DNA of 64,000 nucleotides from Alphaproteobacteria bacterium (GTDB lineage Bacteria; Pseudomonadota; Alphaproteobacteria; SHWA01): NCBI GenBank assembly GCA_009693995.1, contig SHWA01000001.1, positions 6,377 to 70,376 of the forward strand, read 5' to 3'. Shown piece by piece: positions 39,382 to 48,841 of this stretch (position 1 is its first letter; each line of letters starts with the position of its first letter). The notes under the pieces were generated by a model. It saw only the letters and a program-made list of their open reading frames with translations, ran no database searches and was not told where the DNA came from. The position numbers and the translations under genes were made by a program.

Positions 39382-39668
39382 CAGCCGCGCCCCCCGGCAG
39401 CCCGGGGCGCCGCCGCCGAGATCACAACCGTGATGGCGTGGGTGCGGGTGTCGCGCGTCACCACCAGCCAGGAATGGCAGCCGGCGCCGTGGTACCAGAG
39501 TTCCCGGTGCCGTCCCGCTGGGTTGTCGCGCAGGTAGACATAGGCGTGGAACGCCGCGGCGGCGTCTGGCCGGTCGGCATCGGGGCGCGCCATCAGCGTG
39601 TCGGCATCGCCCAGGTAGCTGAACTCCTCGCTGCCGCGCTCGCCGCAATAGGGGCAGTCGATCCGCAT
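39381..39668 (-). CDS. soxD: Sarcosine oxidase delta subunit
   Basis: 95 aa; CPYCGERG zinc-ribbon start; stop overlaps soxA start (ATGA). Confidence 0.85.
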   Translation of the reverse strand: MRIDCPYCGERGSEEFSYLGDADTLMARPDADRPDAAAAFHAYVYLRDNPAGRHRELWYHGAGCHSWLVVTRDTRTHAITVVISAAAPRAAGGRG

Positions 39669-39680
39669 GGCTCGGACTCC

Positions 39681-40931
39681 CTAGTGCAGGTTCGGCTGCG
39701 CGCCCTGGCCCTTCTCGTCGATGAGATGGCCGGTCGCGAAGCGGTCGAGGCGATATGCCGCGGCGACCGGGTGCGACTCGTCGCGGGCGATCAGATGGGC
39801 GAAGCACCAGCCCGACGCCGGCGTCGCCTTGAAGCCGCCATAGCACCAGCCACAGTCGAGATAGAGCCCGGCGACCGGCGTGCGGTCGATGATCGGCGAG
39901 CCATCCATGGACATGTCCATGAGCCCGCCCCATTGGCGCAGGTAGCGGATGCGCCCCAGTCCCGGCCAAACCGCCATGCCGGCCTCCAGCACGTCCTCGA
40001 CCGCCGGCAGGTTGCCGCGCTGGGCGTAGGAGTTGTAGCCGTCGAGATCGCCGCCGAACACCAGTCCGCCCTTGTCCGACTGGCTGATGTAGAAGTGCCC
40101 GGCGCCGAAGGTCATCACGGTGTCGATCAGCGGCTTGATCCCCTCCGAGACGAAGGCCTGCAGCACATGGCTCTCCATCGGCAAATCCAGGCCCACCATG
40201 GCCGCAACGCGGGAGGTGTTGCCGGCAACCGCCAGCCCGACCTTGGCGGCACGGATCACGCCCCGCGTCGTCACGATCCCCCGCACGTGACCCGAATCGA
40301 TCAAGAACCCGGTCACTTCGCAATTCTGGATGATGTCGACGCCCAGCCGGTCGGCGCCCCGGGCGTAGCCCCACGCCACCGCGTCGTGCCGGGCGGTGCC
40401 GCCCCGCCGCTGCAACAGCCCACCCTGGATCGGAAAGCGCGCGTTCTCGTAATCGAAAAACGGCAGCATCTCGCGCGCCTGGGCGCGGTTCAGCAGCTCG
40501 GCATCGACGCCGTGCAGCCGCATGGCGTTGCCGCGCCGGGCGTAGGCGTCGCGCTGGGCGTCGGAATGGTAGAGGTTGATCACGCCGCGCTGGCTGACCA
40601 TGGCGTTGTAGTTGAGGTCCTGCTCCAGCCCCTCCCACAGCTTCATCGACCACTCGTAGAAGGCCGTGTTGCCGGGCAGCCCGTAGTTGGAGCGGATGAT
40701 GGTGGTGTTGCGCCCGGCATTGCCCGAGCCGATCCAGCTCCTCTCCACCACCGCGACCCGAGTGATGCCGTGCACCTTGGCCAGGTAATACGCGGTGGCG
40801 AGGCCGTGGCCGCCACCGCCGACGATGATCACGTCGTATTCCGACTGCGGCGCGGGGTCGCGCCAGGCGGGCTCCCAGCCGGCATGGCCGCGGAACGCCT
40901 GGCGGATCAGGGAGAAGATCGAATAGCGCAT
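39681..40931 (-). CDS. soxB: Sarcosine oxidase beta subunit
   Basis: 416 aa; FAD motif DVIIVGGGGHGLATAYYLA. Confidence 0.9.
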   Translation of the reverse strand: MRYSIFSLIRQAFRGHAGWEPAWRDPAPQSEYDVIIVGGGGHGLATAYYLAKVHGITRVAVVERSWIGSGNAGRNTTIIRSNYGLPGNTAFYEWSMKLWEGLEQDLNYNAMVSQRGVINLYHSDAQRDAYARRGNAMRLHGVDAELLNRAQAREMLPFFDYENARFPIQGGLLQRRGGTARHDAVAWGYARGADRLGVDIIQNCEVTGFLIDSGHVRGIVTTRGVIRAAKVGLAVAGNTSRVAAMVGLDLPMESHVLQAFVSEGIKPLIDTVMTFGAGHFYISQSDKGGLVFGGDLDGYNSYAQRGNLPAVEDVLEAGMAVWPGLGRIRYLRQWGGLMDMSMDGSPIIDRTPVAGLYLDCGWCYGGFKATPASGWCFAHLIARDESHPVAAAYRLDRFATGHLIDEKGQGAQPNLH

Positions 40932-41096
40932 CGGTCGGTGACGGTCCCCAAGGCGACAGCATATGGGAGATATACCGGGCGCCCCTCGCGGCTCGGCATT
41001 TGACCCTCTCTTCCGCGCCAGCGCAACCCGTTGTCAGGGCCTGGAGCAGATGAAAAGATACCCTCAGGGCTGACATGCAATGGACGGAGCGGAACC

Positions 41097-41879
41097 ATGG
41101 ATGGCACACGCTTGCAGGGGCGCGTGGCGGCGATCACCGGCGGCGGCCGGGGGCTGGGCCGGGCCACGGCGCTGCGCTTCGCACGCGAAGGGGCGGCGGT
41201 GATGGTGGTCGATGCCGACGCGGCGAACGCCGAGGCGGTCGCGGCAGAGATTACCGCGACCGGCTCCCGCGCGTCAGCCTGCCGGTGTGACGTGACGCGG
41301 CGCGCCGAGGTCGAGGCCATGGTGGCGGCAACCGTCACCGCTTTCGGTCGCCTCGACATCCTGGTGACCTACGCCGGGGTCGCGCTGTTCAAGCCGTTCC
41401 TGGAAGTGGACGACGCCGAGTGGGACCGGCAGATGGCGGTCAACGTGACCGGTACCTTCCTGTGCGCGCAAGTGGCCGGGCGGCTGATGGTGCAGCAGCG
41501 CCATGGGCGCATCATCACCGTCTCCTCGGTGATGGGGCAGCGCTCGGGCGACCGGCGGTCCTCCTACGGCATGACCAAGGGCGCGGTGATCGCGCTCACC
41601 AAGCACATGGCGGCCGAACTCGGCCCCTTTGGGGTGACGGTGAACTCGATCGCTCCGGGACCGGTGCAGACCGAGCTCTGGCTGCGCGCCAACCCGAACG
41701 CGGCCAAGACGCGGGATACCTATTTGCAGAACATTCCCATGGGCCGCCTCGGCGCGCCCGAGGACATGGCGAACGCCGCCTTCCTGCTGGCGAGCGACGA
41801 CGCCGCCTACATCACCGGCCATGTGCTGAACGTGGACGGCGGCTTCATCGCCACCGGCGTGCGCGATGGGGTTTACTGA
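41097..41879 (+). CDS. SDR-family oxidoreductase
   Basis: 260 aa from ATG 41097 (GGAG RBS); TGGGRGLGRA cofactor motif and YGMTK catalytic Tyr/Lys. Confidence 0.85.
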   Translation: MDGTRLQGRVAAITGGGRGLGRATALRFAREGAAVMVVDADAANAEAVAAEITATGSRASACRCDVTRRAEVEAMVAATVTAFGRLDILVTYAGVALFKPFLEVDDAEWDRQMAVNVTGTFLCAQVAGRLMVQQRHGRIITVSSVMGQRSGDRRSSYGMTKGAVIALTKHMAAELGPFGVTVNSIAPGPVQTELWLRANPNAAKTRDTYLQNIPMGRLGAPEDMANAAFLLASDDAAYITGHVLNVDGGFIATGVRDGVY

Positions 41880-41885
41880 CGCGCC

Positions 41886-42881
41886 TCAGACGCGGCCCTG
41901 CCTCGCCTCGGCGAAGGCGCCCCGCGTCCATTCGACGCAGGCGACCCCTTGCTCGAACAGCGAATAGCGGCAGCCCTGGCCGTAGTCGAGGTTGGGGATG
42001 AACTCGGTCGAGATCTGCCCCAATGTGCCGGCGGGATCGGCGGCATGGTGGCGGAGCAACTGGCGCGCCACTTCCTTCCAGGGCTCGAGCCTCGCCTCCT
42101 CCCACGGGCTGTGGTACTCGCCCACGCCCGGGCGCTTGAACGGGTACTGGATGCCACGACCGGGCCGGCCCTCGGCGTCGGTGGCATCCAGGTTCTTCGG
42201 GTTGTTGGGCACGGCGGCCCGGGCGTGGCAGTGGCGCACCCACCCCGAAGCGATCCATTCCGCCGCCACGCTGCCCGGCCGGAAGGGATCCAGCACGAGG
42301 GCGCCCGAGGCGACCGCCGCGCGAATCCCTGAGCGCTCCTGCTCCTCGGGATGGTCGATCTTGAAGATCACGTGGCTGTGGTCGAGGGTCATGTGGAAGG
42401 GGACGCCCCGCGCCTCGACCGCCCGCCCCACGGCGGCGACGCGGCGGAAGTCCTCCGACCACATGTTGACGTGCACCTCGAAGCAGGGGGCGACGCCGAC
42501 GCGTTCGCCGATGTCGAAGGCACGCAGGTAGGCCTCAACCACCTCGGCGTCGGTGACCGGGCGGCCGCTCGCATGGTTGGTCTGGATCTGCACGTTGTGG
42601 ACGAGCGAGCCGAGCCTGGCGCCGAGGCGGAGGTTCTGCTCCAGCAGCGGCTCGTCGCGGCCCAAGGCGTAGAACCAGCCGCCCGCCCGCACCGGCAAGC
42701 CGTACTTGTCGCGGGCGCGCAGGAACTGGTCCACCGCGTCGGCCGCCGGAGTCTTGTCGGCATAGTCGAACACCCCCGCCTCCTTGACCATGCGGAAGCG
42801 GGTGTCGATGTCCGGCATGGGGTCGGCGTGGCGGTGCTTGATGCCGTTGGTCTGGATGCCGAAGAGGAGGGTGTCGGCCAA
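41886..42881 (-). CDS. Sugar phosphate isomerase/epimerase (xylose isomerase-like TIM barrel)
   Basis: ~331 aa from TTG 42879-42881 (…LADTLLFGIQTNG N-terminus); internal ATG at 42818 is an alternative; conserved HAHAH... TIM-barrel metal-site context. Confidence 0.6.
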   Translation of the reverse strand: MADTLLFGIQTNGIKHRHADPMPDIDTRFRMVKEAGVFDYADKTPAADAVDQFLRARDKYGLPVRAGGWFYALGRDEPLLEQNLRLGARLGSLVHNVQIQTNHASGRPVTDAEVVEAYLRAFDIGERVGVAPCFEVHVNMWSEDFRRVAAVGRAVEARGVPFHMTLDHSHVIFKIDHPEEQERSGIRAAVASGALVLDPFRPGSVAAEWIASGWVRHCHARAAVPNNPKNLDATDAEGRPGRGIQYPFKRPGVGEYHSPWEEARLEPWKEVARQLLRHHAADPAGTLGQISTEFIPNLDYGQGCRYSLFEQGVACVEWTRGAFAEARQGRV

Positions 42882-42891
42882 GGCTGCCTCG

Positions 42892-43245
42892 TCAGAGGAT
42901 CGACTTCTGCCCGCCGGAATCGATGAACACGTCCGCGCCGTGCACCTGGCGCCCCACGGGTGAGGCGAGGAACGCGACCAGGATGTCGAGCCGGCCGAAG
43001 GCTGAGCTGTGCGCGTCGATGGTTCCGGCACAGGCGGCGGCAGTGCGCAAATCCGCCGCGTGGTGGAGGATGCGCCGGCGAGACGCCGCGGCGATCTCGG
43101 CCGCCGCCGTCCTCAGGTCTGCTTCGGTCCACGCGACCAGCATCACGTCGCAACCTTCGGCCGCGAGCGCGCCCGCGATCGCCCTGCCGATGCCTCGGCT
43201 GCCGCCGGAAACGAGCGCGACACGGCCGGTCAGCTTCAAGTCCAT
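42892..43245 (-). pseudogene. SDR remnant with internal deletion (117 aa: Rossmann N-terminus joined to the SDR C-terminal tail)
   Basis: Strong GGGGAGAAG RBS + ATG; TGRVALVSGGSRGIGRAIA cofactor motif followed ~60 aa later by ...LASPVGRQVHGADVFIDSGG C-terminus; catalytic YxxxK region absent. Confidence 0.55.
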
Positions 43246-43267
43246 GGACACTTCTCCCCTGCGCGAG

Positions 43268-43293
43268 CGGTCCCGCCGCCGGCCGGCGGCGGG
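43268..43293 (-). terminator. Perfect GC hairpin (GTCCCGCCGCCGG/CCGGCGGCGGGAC) downstream of NIPSNAP gene
   Basis: 13-bp perfect inverted repeat immediately 3' of the NIPSNAP stop; no U-tract (common in high-GC alphaproteobacteria). Confidence 0.3.
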
Positions 43294-43307
43294 ACACTTG
43301 CGCGCGG

Positions 43308-43634
43308 CTATTTCACCGTCGAGAACGACGTCGGCTGCAGGATCGTGTTGCTGACATGGGTGATGAGCGGCCCGTCCTTCTCGGTCTCGGCCCGCTTCGC
43401 CAGCCACTCGGGATCAGTCGAGAAGACCGTCCACTTCTTCTCGCGCTCGGCGAGGGATTCCCAGGCCAGCATGTAGTAGAGGAGATGATTCGACTCGCCC
43501 ACCTCGACCGTCCAGAAACCAGCCGGGCGGATGCCGTGCTTGTCCCAGAGCTTGATGGTGATGGTCTCGAAGCGCTTCAGCAGTGCCGGCAGCCGGCGAG
43601 GCAGGCAGTGGTAGATGCGGAGTTCGTAGAGCAT
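43308..43634 (-). CDS. NIPSNAP-family protein (dimeric alpha/beta barrel)
   Basis: 108 aa; MLYELRIYH... NIPSNAP-type sequence. Confidence 0.7.
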   Translation of the reverse strand: MLYELRIYHCLPRRLPALLKRFETITIKLWDKHGIRPAGFWTVEVGESNHLLYYMLAWESLAEREKKWTVFSTDPEWLAKRAETEKDGPLITHVSNTILQPTSFSTVK

Positions 43635-43716
43635 GTGCGTCCCCTCTATGGCAGGCGATGGTCGCGCCAGTCTAACCAGCGCCGTTCCGGCAGACCAGCC
43701 GGTACTGCCGATCGGG

Positions 43717-45266
43717 TCACGTCCTTGCCGCCGTCAGCCGGACGCCGTCATAGCCGACGTAGGTATTGCCGAACGGCTTCGCAGCGTGCCGCTGCCGCCA
43801 CGACAGCACCGCCTGTGCCGCCGCGAGGACCCGGGGCGCAAAGGCCGGGTCGGCCGCGCGATCCTCGAACTCGTCCGGGTCGGCAGCCAGATCAAAAAAG
43901 AGCGGCGGCAGCGCGGCGAAGTGAACGTACTTGTAGCGGTCGCCGCGCAGCACCGCGAAGTTGCAGTCCGCCGCGGCGAGGCCGAGGCCGGTCTCGGCGG
44001 CGTGGCCCCGCAGGTCGCGGAAGTCGCATTCGAACCGGGCCGCGTTTCGCCAATCCGCCGGGGTCTCGCCCCGCAGGAACGGCAGCAACGAATATCCGTC
44101 GCACTGCTCCGGAACCGGAAGCGCGAGCGCCGCGAGGATCGTCGGCATGAGATCGACCGCTTCGGTGAAGCGATCGACCCTCCGCCCCCGTGCCCGGTCC
44201 GCGCCCGCGCGCGGGTCGCGGATGATGAGCGGCACGTGGAACAGCGGGTCGAAGTAGCCGTTGCGGCCGTAGAGCCAGTGATCGCCCAGTTGATCGCCGT
44301 GGTCGGAGGTGAAGACGATGAGGGTATGTTGGTACGCGCCGCTCTCCTTCAGATCCGCGATGACGCGACCGATGTTGTCGTCCACCTCGTTGCAGAGTCC
44401 GTAGTAAGTGGCGCGCATGGCCCGCTCGTCGGCCTCGCCGACCGCCTCGGGGCGAAGGTCTTCGTTGAAGTGGTGGACCAGCGTCTGTTCCGCGATCGCC
44501 CAGGCGAGCCAGGGATGCTGGCGCCCCTCCGCCGCTGGAGTCGCCCGGCGCTTCGGCAGGGGCACGGCCGCCGGGTTGTAATGGCGGTGGTAGGGAGCCG
44601 GTGCCACCAGCGGCGGATGCGGCTTGAGACACGAGAAATGAGCGAACCAGGGACGGCCGCGCCGCTCGCGCAGGTAGGCGAGCAGGGCATCGGTCAGGAA
44701 CGCGGTGTCGCTGTCCTCCGCGCGGTAGAGGGCCGGGGCGAACCGCCCCGCCGGCGCCGCCGGATCGCGCAACGCCATCAGCGACTGCCAAGAGCCCGGC
44801 CCCTCCGGCACCGGATAGCCGCGCGCGACCAGATGCCGCCGCCAGGGGTCGAACCGCTCTGCGAACAGAAGCGGCAGGACCGGCTCGAATCCAGGGCAGA
44901 TCCACTCGTGCCGCGTGATGCCGTCGGCTGGCCCGTCCTTGGGATCGAGGGGAGAATCGGTGTAGCCGAAGTGCGCGGGCACGTGCCCACCGTGGCGCGC
45001 CTCGAGCGCGATATTGGTGAGCCGACCGCTAAGGGGGTGTTGTTGGTCGCCTGGCCGTGCTTGGCGAGAGACGTTCCGGTCAGGAGCGAGGCGCGCGCGG
45101 GGCCACAAGGACTCGCCTGGGAAAAATGGCGCAGGAAGCAGACGCCGTCGGCGGCGAGGGCCTCGAGATGCGGCGTCCGCACGCAGCCGTGCCCGGCCAG
45201 GCCGAGCGCGTCGCCACGCCACTCGTCCGCAACCAGAAACAGCACATTGCGGATTTCGCCGCTCAC
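43717..45266 (-). pseudogene. Sulfatase (arylsulfatase family) carrying a frameshift near 45015-45050
   Basis: N-terminus in one frame (NVLFLVADEWRGD..., FGly motif SPCGPARASLLTG) and remaining ~430 aa (…PWFAHFSCLKPHPP…, FTSDHGDQLGDH) in another frame; both frames overlap 44778-45222. Confidence 0.7.
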
Positions 45267-45307
45267 TTGTTTTGCCCGTTGGGCGGCCCCGGTGGCGGAT
45301 GTCCGGG

Positions 45308-45682
45308 TCAGCGGATCGGCTTCGCCTCGAGGGCCTGCTGCCGCACCTGCTCCAGGAGTGCCCGCGCCCGCGCCGCCGCGGCGTCTGCGCCGGCTACGTC
45401 GCCCCGCACGTACATCGGGCGGATGTTCTCGATCTCGTCGAGGGCCCGCAGCATGTCCTCGACCGCGACGCCATAGCGGCGCCACTGGTTGCCGGTCAGG
45501 AAATAGGTGTGCTGCACGTCCTCCTTGGGCGGCGTGACGCGCGCCTGGTGCAGGGCGTAGTTGATCCACTGGGTGGCGGCCAGCATGGCGCCCTCGATCA
45601 CCATCTCGTGGTCGGCGGCGCCGAGCTTCGCCATGGTGCGGCCGATGCGCTCGGCGGACTCACGATGCTTCGCGGCTTCCAT
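45308..45682 (-). CDS. Hypothetical protein, 124 aa (paralog of upstream gene)
   Basis: ATG 45680-45682 with GGGGAGG RBS; no recognisable domain; alignable to neighbouring 152-aa protein (…A-M-x-A-x-T-x-x-I-N-x-A-L-H…ED…Y-x-x-x-G). Confidence 0.6.
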   Translation of the reverse strand: MEAAKHRESAERIGRTMAKLGAADHEMVIEGAMLAATQWINYALHQARVTPPKEDVQHTYFLTGNQWRRYGVAVEDMLRALDEIENIRPMYVRGDVAGADAAAARARALLEQVRQQALEAKPIR

Positions 45683-45687
45683 GGCGG

Positions 45688-46146
45688 CTACCTCCCCTGC
45701 GGCGCGAAGGTCTTGGCGATCGCCATGAGATCGGCGTAGGCGCGCTCGACCTTGTCCAGAATCTCCGGCGTCACCGGGTGGCCGTCGCGCACGCAGGGAT
45801 CGCGCCACTCCTCGATCACCTCCATCAGGTGCGCCATTTTCTGCACCGATTCGGGCAGCGGCTTCTCGATCTTGGGCCGGCCCACATGGAGCACGTCGCC
45901 AAGCGGGCGGAAGGCGTGCACCCAGCCCCCCGACGTCTTCCCCGGCACCATGTAGACCTCCGGCTGCTGCGGATACCAGGGGCCGTCCTCGGTGATGTCG
46001 GTCGCATGCAGCGCCGCGTTGATGGCGTTGGTGCCGGCGTTCATGGTCGCCCAGAACCAGATCTCGAAGTCCTGCACGCGGTCGAGCCGGCGGCGGAGCG
46101 CCTCCAGCCGGCCGATCTTCTCGAAATGGGCTGCAACTTTCACTGC
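45688..46146 (-). CDS. Hypothetical protein, 152 aa (paralog of downstream gene)
   Basis: GTG 46144-46146 with GGGAGGGA RBS; 3 nt upstream of the 124-aa paralog; no recognisable domain. Confidence 0.55.
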   Translation of the reverse strand, partial: AVKVAAHFEKIGRLEALRRRLDRVQDFEIWFWATMNAGTNAINAALHATDITEDGPWYPQQPEVYMVPGKTSGGWVHAFRPLGDVLHVGRPKIEKPLPESVQKMAHLMEVIEEWRDPCVRDGHPVTPEILDKVERAYADLMAIAKTFAPQGR

Positions 46147-46210
46147 CGATCCCTCCCGTTCGCACCCGCCGCATCTTGCCAGATCGGGCGCGCCAGGGAA
46201 ATCGCCGCGC

Positions 46211-48500
46211 TCACCACTCGATCCGCTCGACGCTCTCGAAGGTGATGGTCGAGCCGTCGGCGAAGGCGATGGTGCCCCCGGCATTGTTGGAGAGTTCGAC
46301 GTGGTCGGCGTCCGAAGCGGTGATTCTGTCGCCGGTATCGAGGGTCAGCGTCCAGTCGCCTGGCTCGCCCAGATCCTCCAGGCGGAGGGTATCGGTGCCC
46401 TTGGCACCGTCCATTACGTCGTTGCCGTCGCCACTGCCGAACAGGAACAGGTCTGCGCCCGCACCACCGGACAGGATGTCGCGGCCGGCACCACCGTCGA
46501 TGATATCTGCTCCGTTATCCCCAAGAATCACGTCATCGCCACTGCCGCCAAAGACCGTGTCGTCGCCGCCGCCGCTGTCGATCTTGTCGTTGCCGTTGCC
46601 GGCGCCGATCGAGTCATCGCCGCTGCCGCCGTAGACCACGTCACTGCCGTTACCGGCGTCGATCGAGTCATTGCCGCTGCCGCCGTAGACCAGATCGTCG
46701 CTGTTACCGGAGTTGATCGAGTCATTGCCCGCACCGCCATGGAGCGTGTCGCTGGCGTTGGTGCCATTGATTCTCGAGTTCGCGGACGAACCGCGGGCAT
46801 TTTGATCTTCGTCGAACGCGATGCCAACGGACAGGCTGCGCACGGTGGTGGCCGTATCGCCGTCAGCCTCGGTCGGACGCGCCGTTACGGTGAGCGAAAA
46901 GTCGCCGGCCTGGCCGGCTGCCGGAGTGATCTTCAGTCCCGCGGCCTGTTCGGCCGTCAGTGTCCAGGTGCCGTCGCCGTTGTCGGTGCCGGCGGAAAGC
47001 GCGGCGCCGGTGGGGATTCCAGCGATCGTGAGCGAGAGTGATCCCGAGCCGTCGGTGTCCGTCAGTGCCGCGCTCAGGTTCAAGGAGATCGCCTGCCCCG
47101 CGCTGCCAGTGACGTTGCTCACCATCAGGCTCGGCTCGTCGGCATCCCCCGCGACGGACACATTCAGGGTCTTAACATTGGTCGCGAGATCGCCATCGGA
47201 TTCGGTCGCAATGGCGGTGACGGTCAAGGTGAAGTCGGCGGACGAGTTCGCCGCCGGGGTCAGGGCCAGGCCGGAGAGTTGGGCGGCAGTCAGGCTCCAG
47301 GTACCGTCGCCGTTGCGGGTGCCGGCGGAGAGGGTCGCGCCGGTCAGGCACGCCGGCGATGCTGACGCTCAGACTCTCTGAGCCGTCGGTGTCCGCCAGG
47401 GCCGCGCTCAAGTCGAGCGCGATCGCCTGGTCCTCCGTCCCCGAGGCGTCCTTCACGGTCAGCGTCGGGACATCGGCATGGTCGCGGCCGCGCTCCGCTC
47501 GTTCCTGCTGGCGATCAGAACCGCTTTTCTGGCGCCCATTGCCATGATCCGACCCCTCGGCGTCGCGATTTGGCTCGTCCTGCCGGCGGTCACCCCGTTC
47601 CTGCTGCTGGCGGCCTGACTGATTGGTCCGCCCTCGGCTGGCACCTTCCTCGCGCCGGCTGTCGTCCCTATGGCCAGCCCGGTCGCTGTTGCCCCGATCG
47701 TCGTCATCATCACGACGATCACCTCGGTGGCCACCTTCCTCGTGCCGCTCCGGCCGTTCACTATCTCTGGCCGCGTCGCGCCGCCCCGCGCCATCCTCGC
47801 CCCGGCTCTCGTCTCTTCGGCCAGCCCGGTCGCCGTCACCTCGATCGTCGTCGTCATCATCCTCGCGCCCACGGACGGCACCAGAGTCGTCGTTGGCTGC
47901 TTCCGACGCTGGTTCGACCGCGACGACCGTGGGTGGATCGGCGGCAACGACCGCGACCTCGGCGGCTGCATCCGGCACCGGTTCGACCTCGGCGGCCAAG
48001 GATGGATCGGCGGCGACGACCTCGATCTCGGCCACCGCTTCCAGCGCCGGTTCGACCGCGACGACCGTAGGTGGATCGGCGGCGACGACCTCGACTTCGG
48101 CGGCCGCATCCGGCACCGGATCGTCCTCGGCTGCCGTCGGTGGACTGGCGGCGGCGACTTTGACCACATCAACTGCCTCCGGCACCGGATCGTTTCGCGC
48201 TGCCCTGGGTCGATCGGCGGCGGCGGCTTCGGGCGGGTCGATTCGCTGCGACGACGGAGTCGCTCCAGCCGTGCCGGCCACGGCAACGGCGTCGGGTGTG
48301 AAGGTTCGGGTAGCGTCGTCAGTGCCGATCGCAAGCGCATCGGCCCCAGGCTGAAATAGACCCGCGCCGCGCGCATCCGATTGTAGCGTCGGCCTCCGGG
48401 CGTCCGATGCCGCATCGGTCGGCAGCGCCTCGGTGGGCAGACCTTGGGCCGGCGGCGCCTCGGTTTCCGGCGCCCGCGCGCGCTCTGCACCATAATGCAC
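46211..48500 (-). pseudogene. Large repetitive secreted protein with C-terminal RTX (hemolysin-type Ca-binding GGxGxD) repeats; frameshift near 47350-47371
   Basis: Upstream frame: Ala/Pro/Asp-rich repeats and Arg/Asp-rich segment; downstream frame (46211-47368): Ig-like repeat copy + >10 GGxGxDxL nonapeptides and acidic C-terminus (T1SS signal-like); the track's 'M' at 47227 is an internal TTG (…DFTLTVTAIATESDGD… repeat continues upstream to stop at 47369-47371). Confidence 0.7.
47880..48200. repeat. Intragenic tandem ~60-nt repeats (protein repeat ~AAEVEVVAADPPTVVAVEP) inside the RTX gene
   Basis: Recurrent ggtggatcggcggcgacgacctcga... units visible in sequence. Confidence 0.5.
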
Positions 48501-48742
48501 GCTGCCGATAGCCGCTGGACTGTCGGGCTGCGAAGCCGGCGCCGAAGTCAGGTCGCCCAGGGTCGCCTCGCCGAGCGAGTTCGGGACCGAGTCCAGAAAG
48601 GCGAGCTCGGTCAGGTCGTTTTCTTCGCTGGCCGGCGCCTAGCGAGGATCGCGTTCGGTGGCCACGGGCACGCTCCTACCTGGAGACGACGACACTGCGC
48701 GTGGGCATCCTGCCTCGCGCGGCGCGATCCTAGCCGCCCAAT

Positions 48743-48766
48743 CCCCAAGGTCCTGTTAAGGATCTT
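48743..48766. promoter_or_regulatory. Imperfect inverted repeat CCAAGGTCC-TGTTAA-GGATCTTGG upstream of RTX gene
   Basis: 9-bp arms (1 mismatch) around an AT-rich centre in the 340-bp leader of the RTX gene. Confidence 0.3.
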
Positions 48767-48841
48767 GGCAAACGCGCGCTTCACCATCGCCCGCGAAACG
48801 CGCGGATGGCGGCCGGGTGCAACGCCCGGCCGCCGGTCGCG

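Noticed and set aside
36406-41109. 1567-aa track ORF
   Set aside because: It is a run-through across soxA plus out-of-frame overlap of soxD and soxB. Real boundaries were set by the ATGA coupling at 39379-39383 and by the independent soxD and soxB ORFs.
42389-43297. 302-aa ORF between the isomerase and the SDR remnant
   Set aside because: It has an extreme Arg/Pro/Ser/Thr composition and overlaps two better-supported genes on the same strand in other frames.
45300-45569. Upstream 100 aa of the sulfatase frame-A ORF (MDQLRPAPGARH…)
   Set aside because: It is low-complexity Arg/Gly/Ala and overlaps the well-supported 124-aa gene. The sulfatase most likely starts at GTG about 45245-45266.
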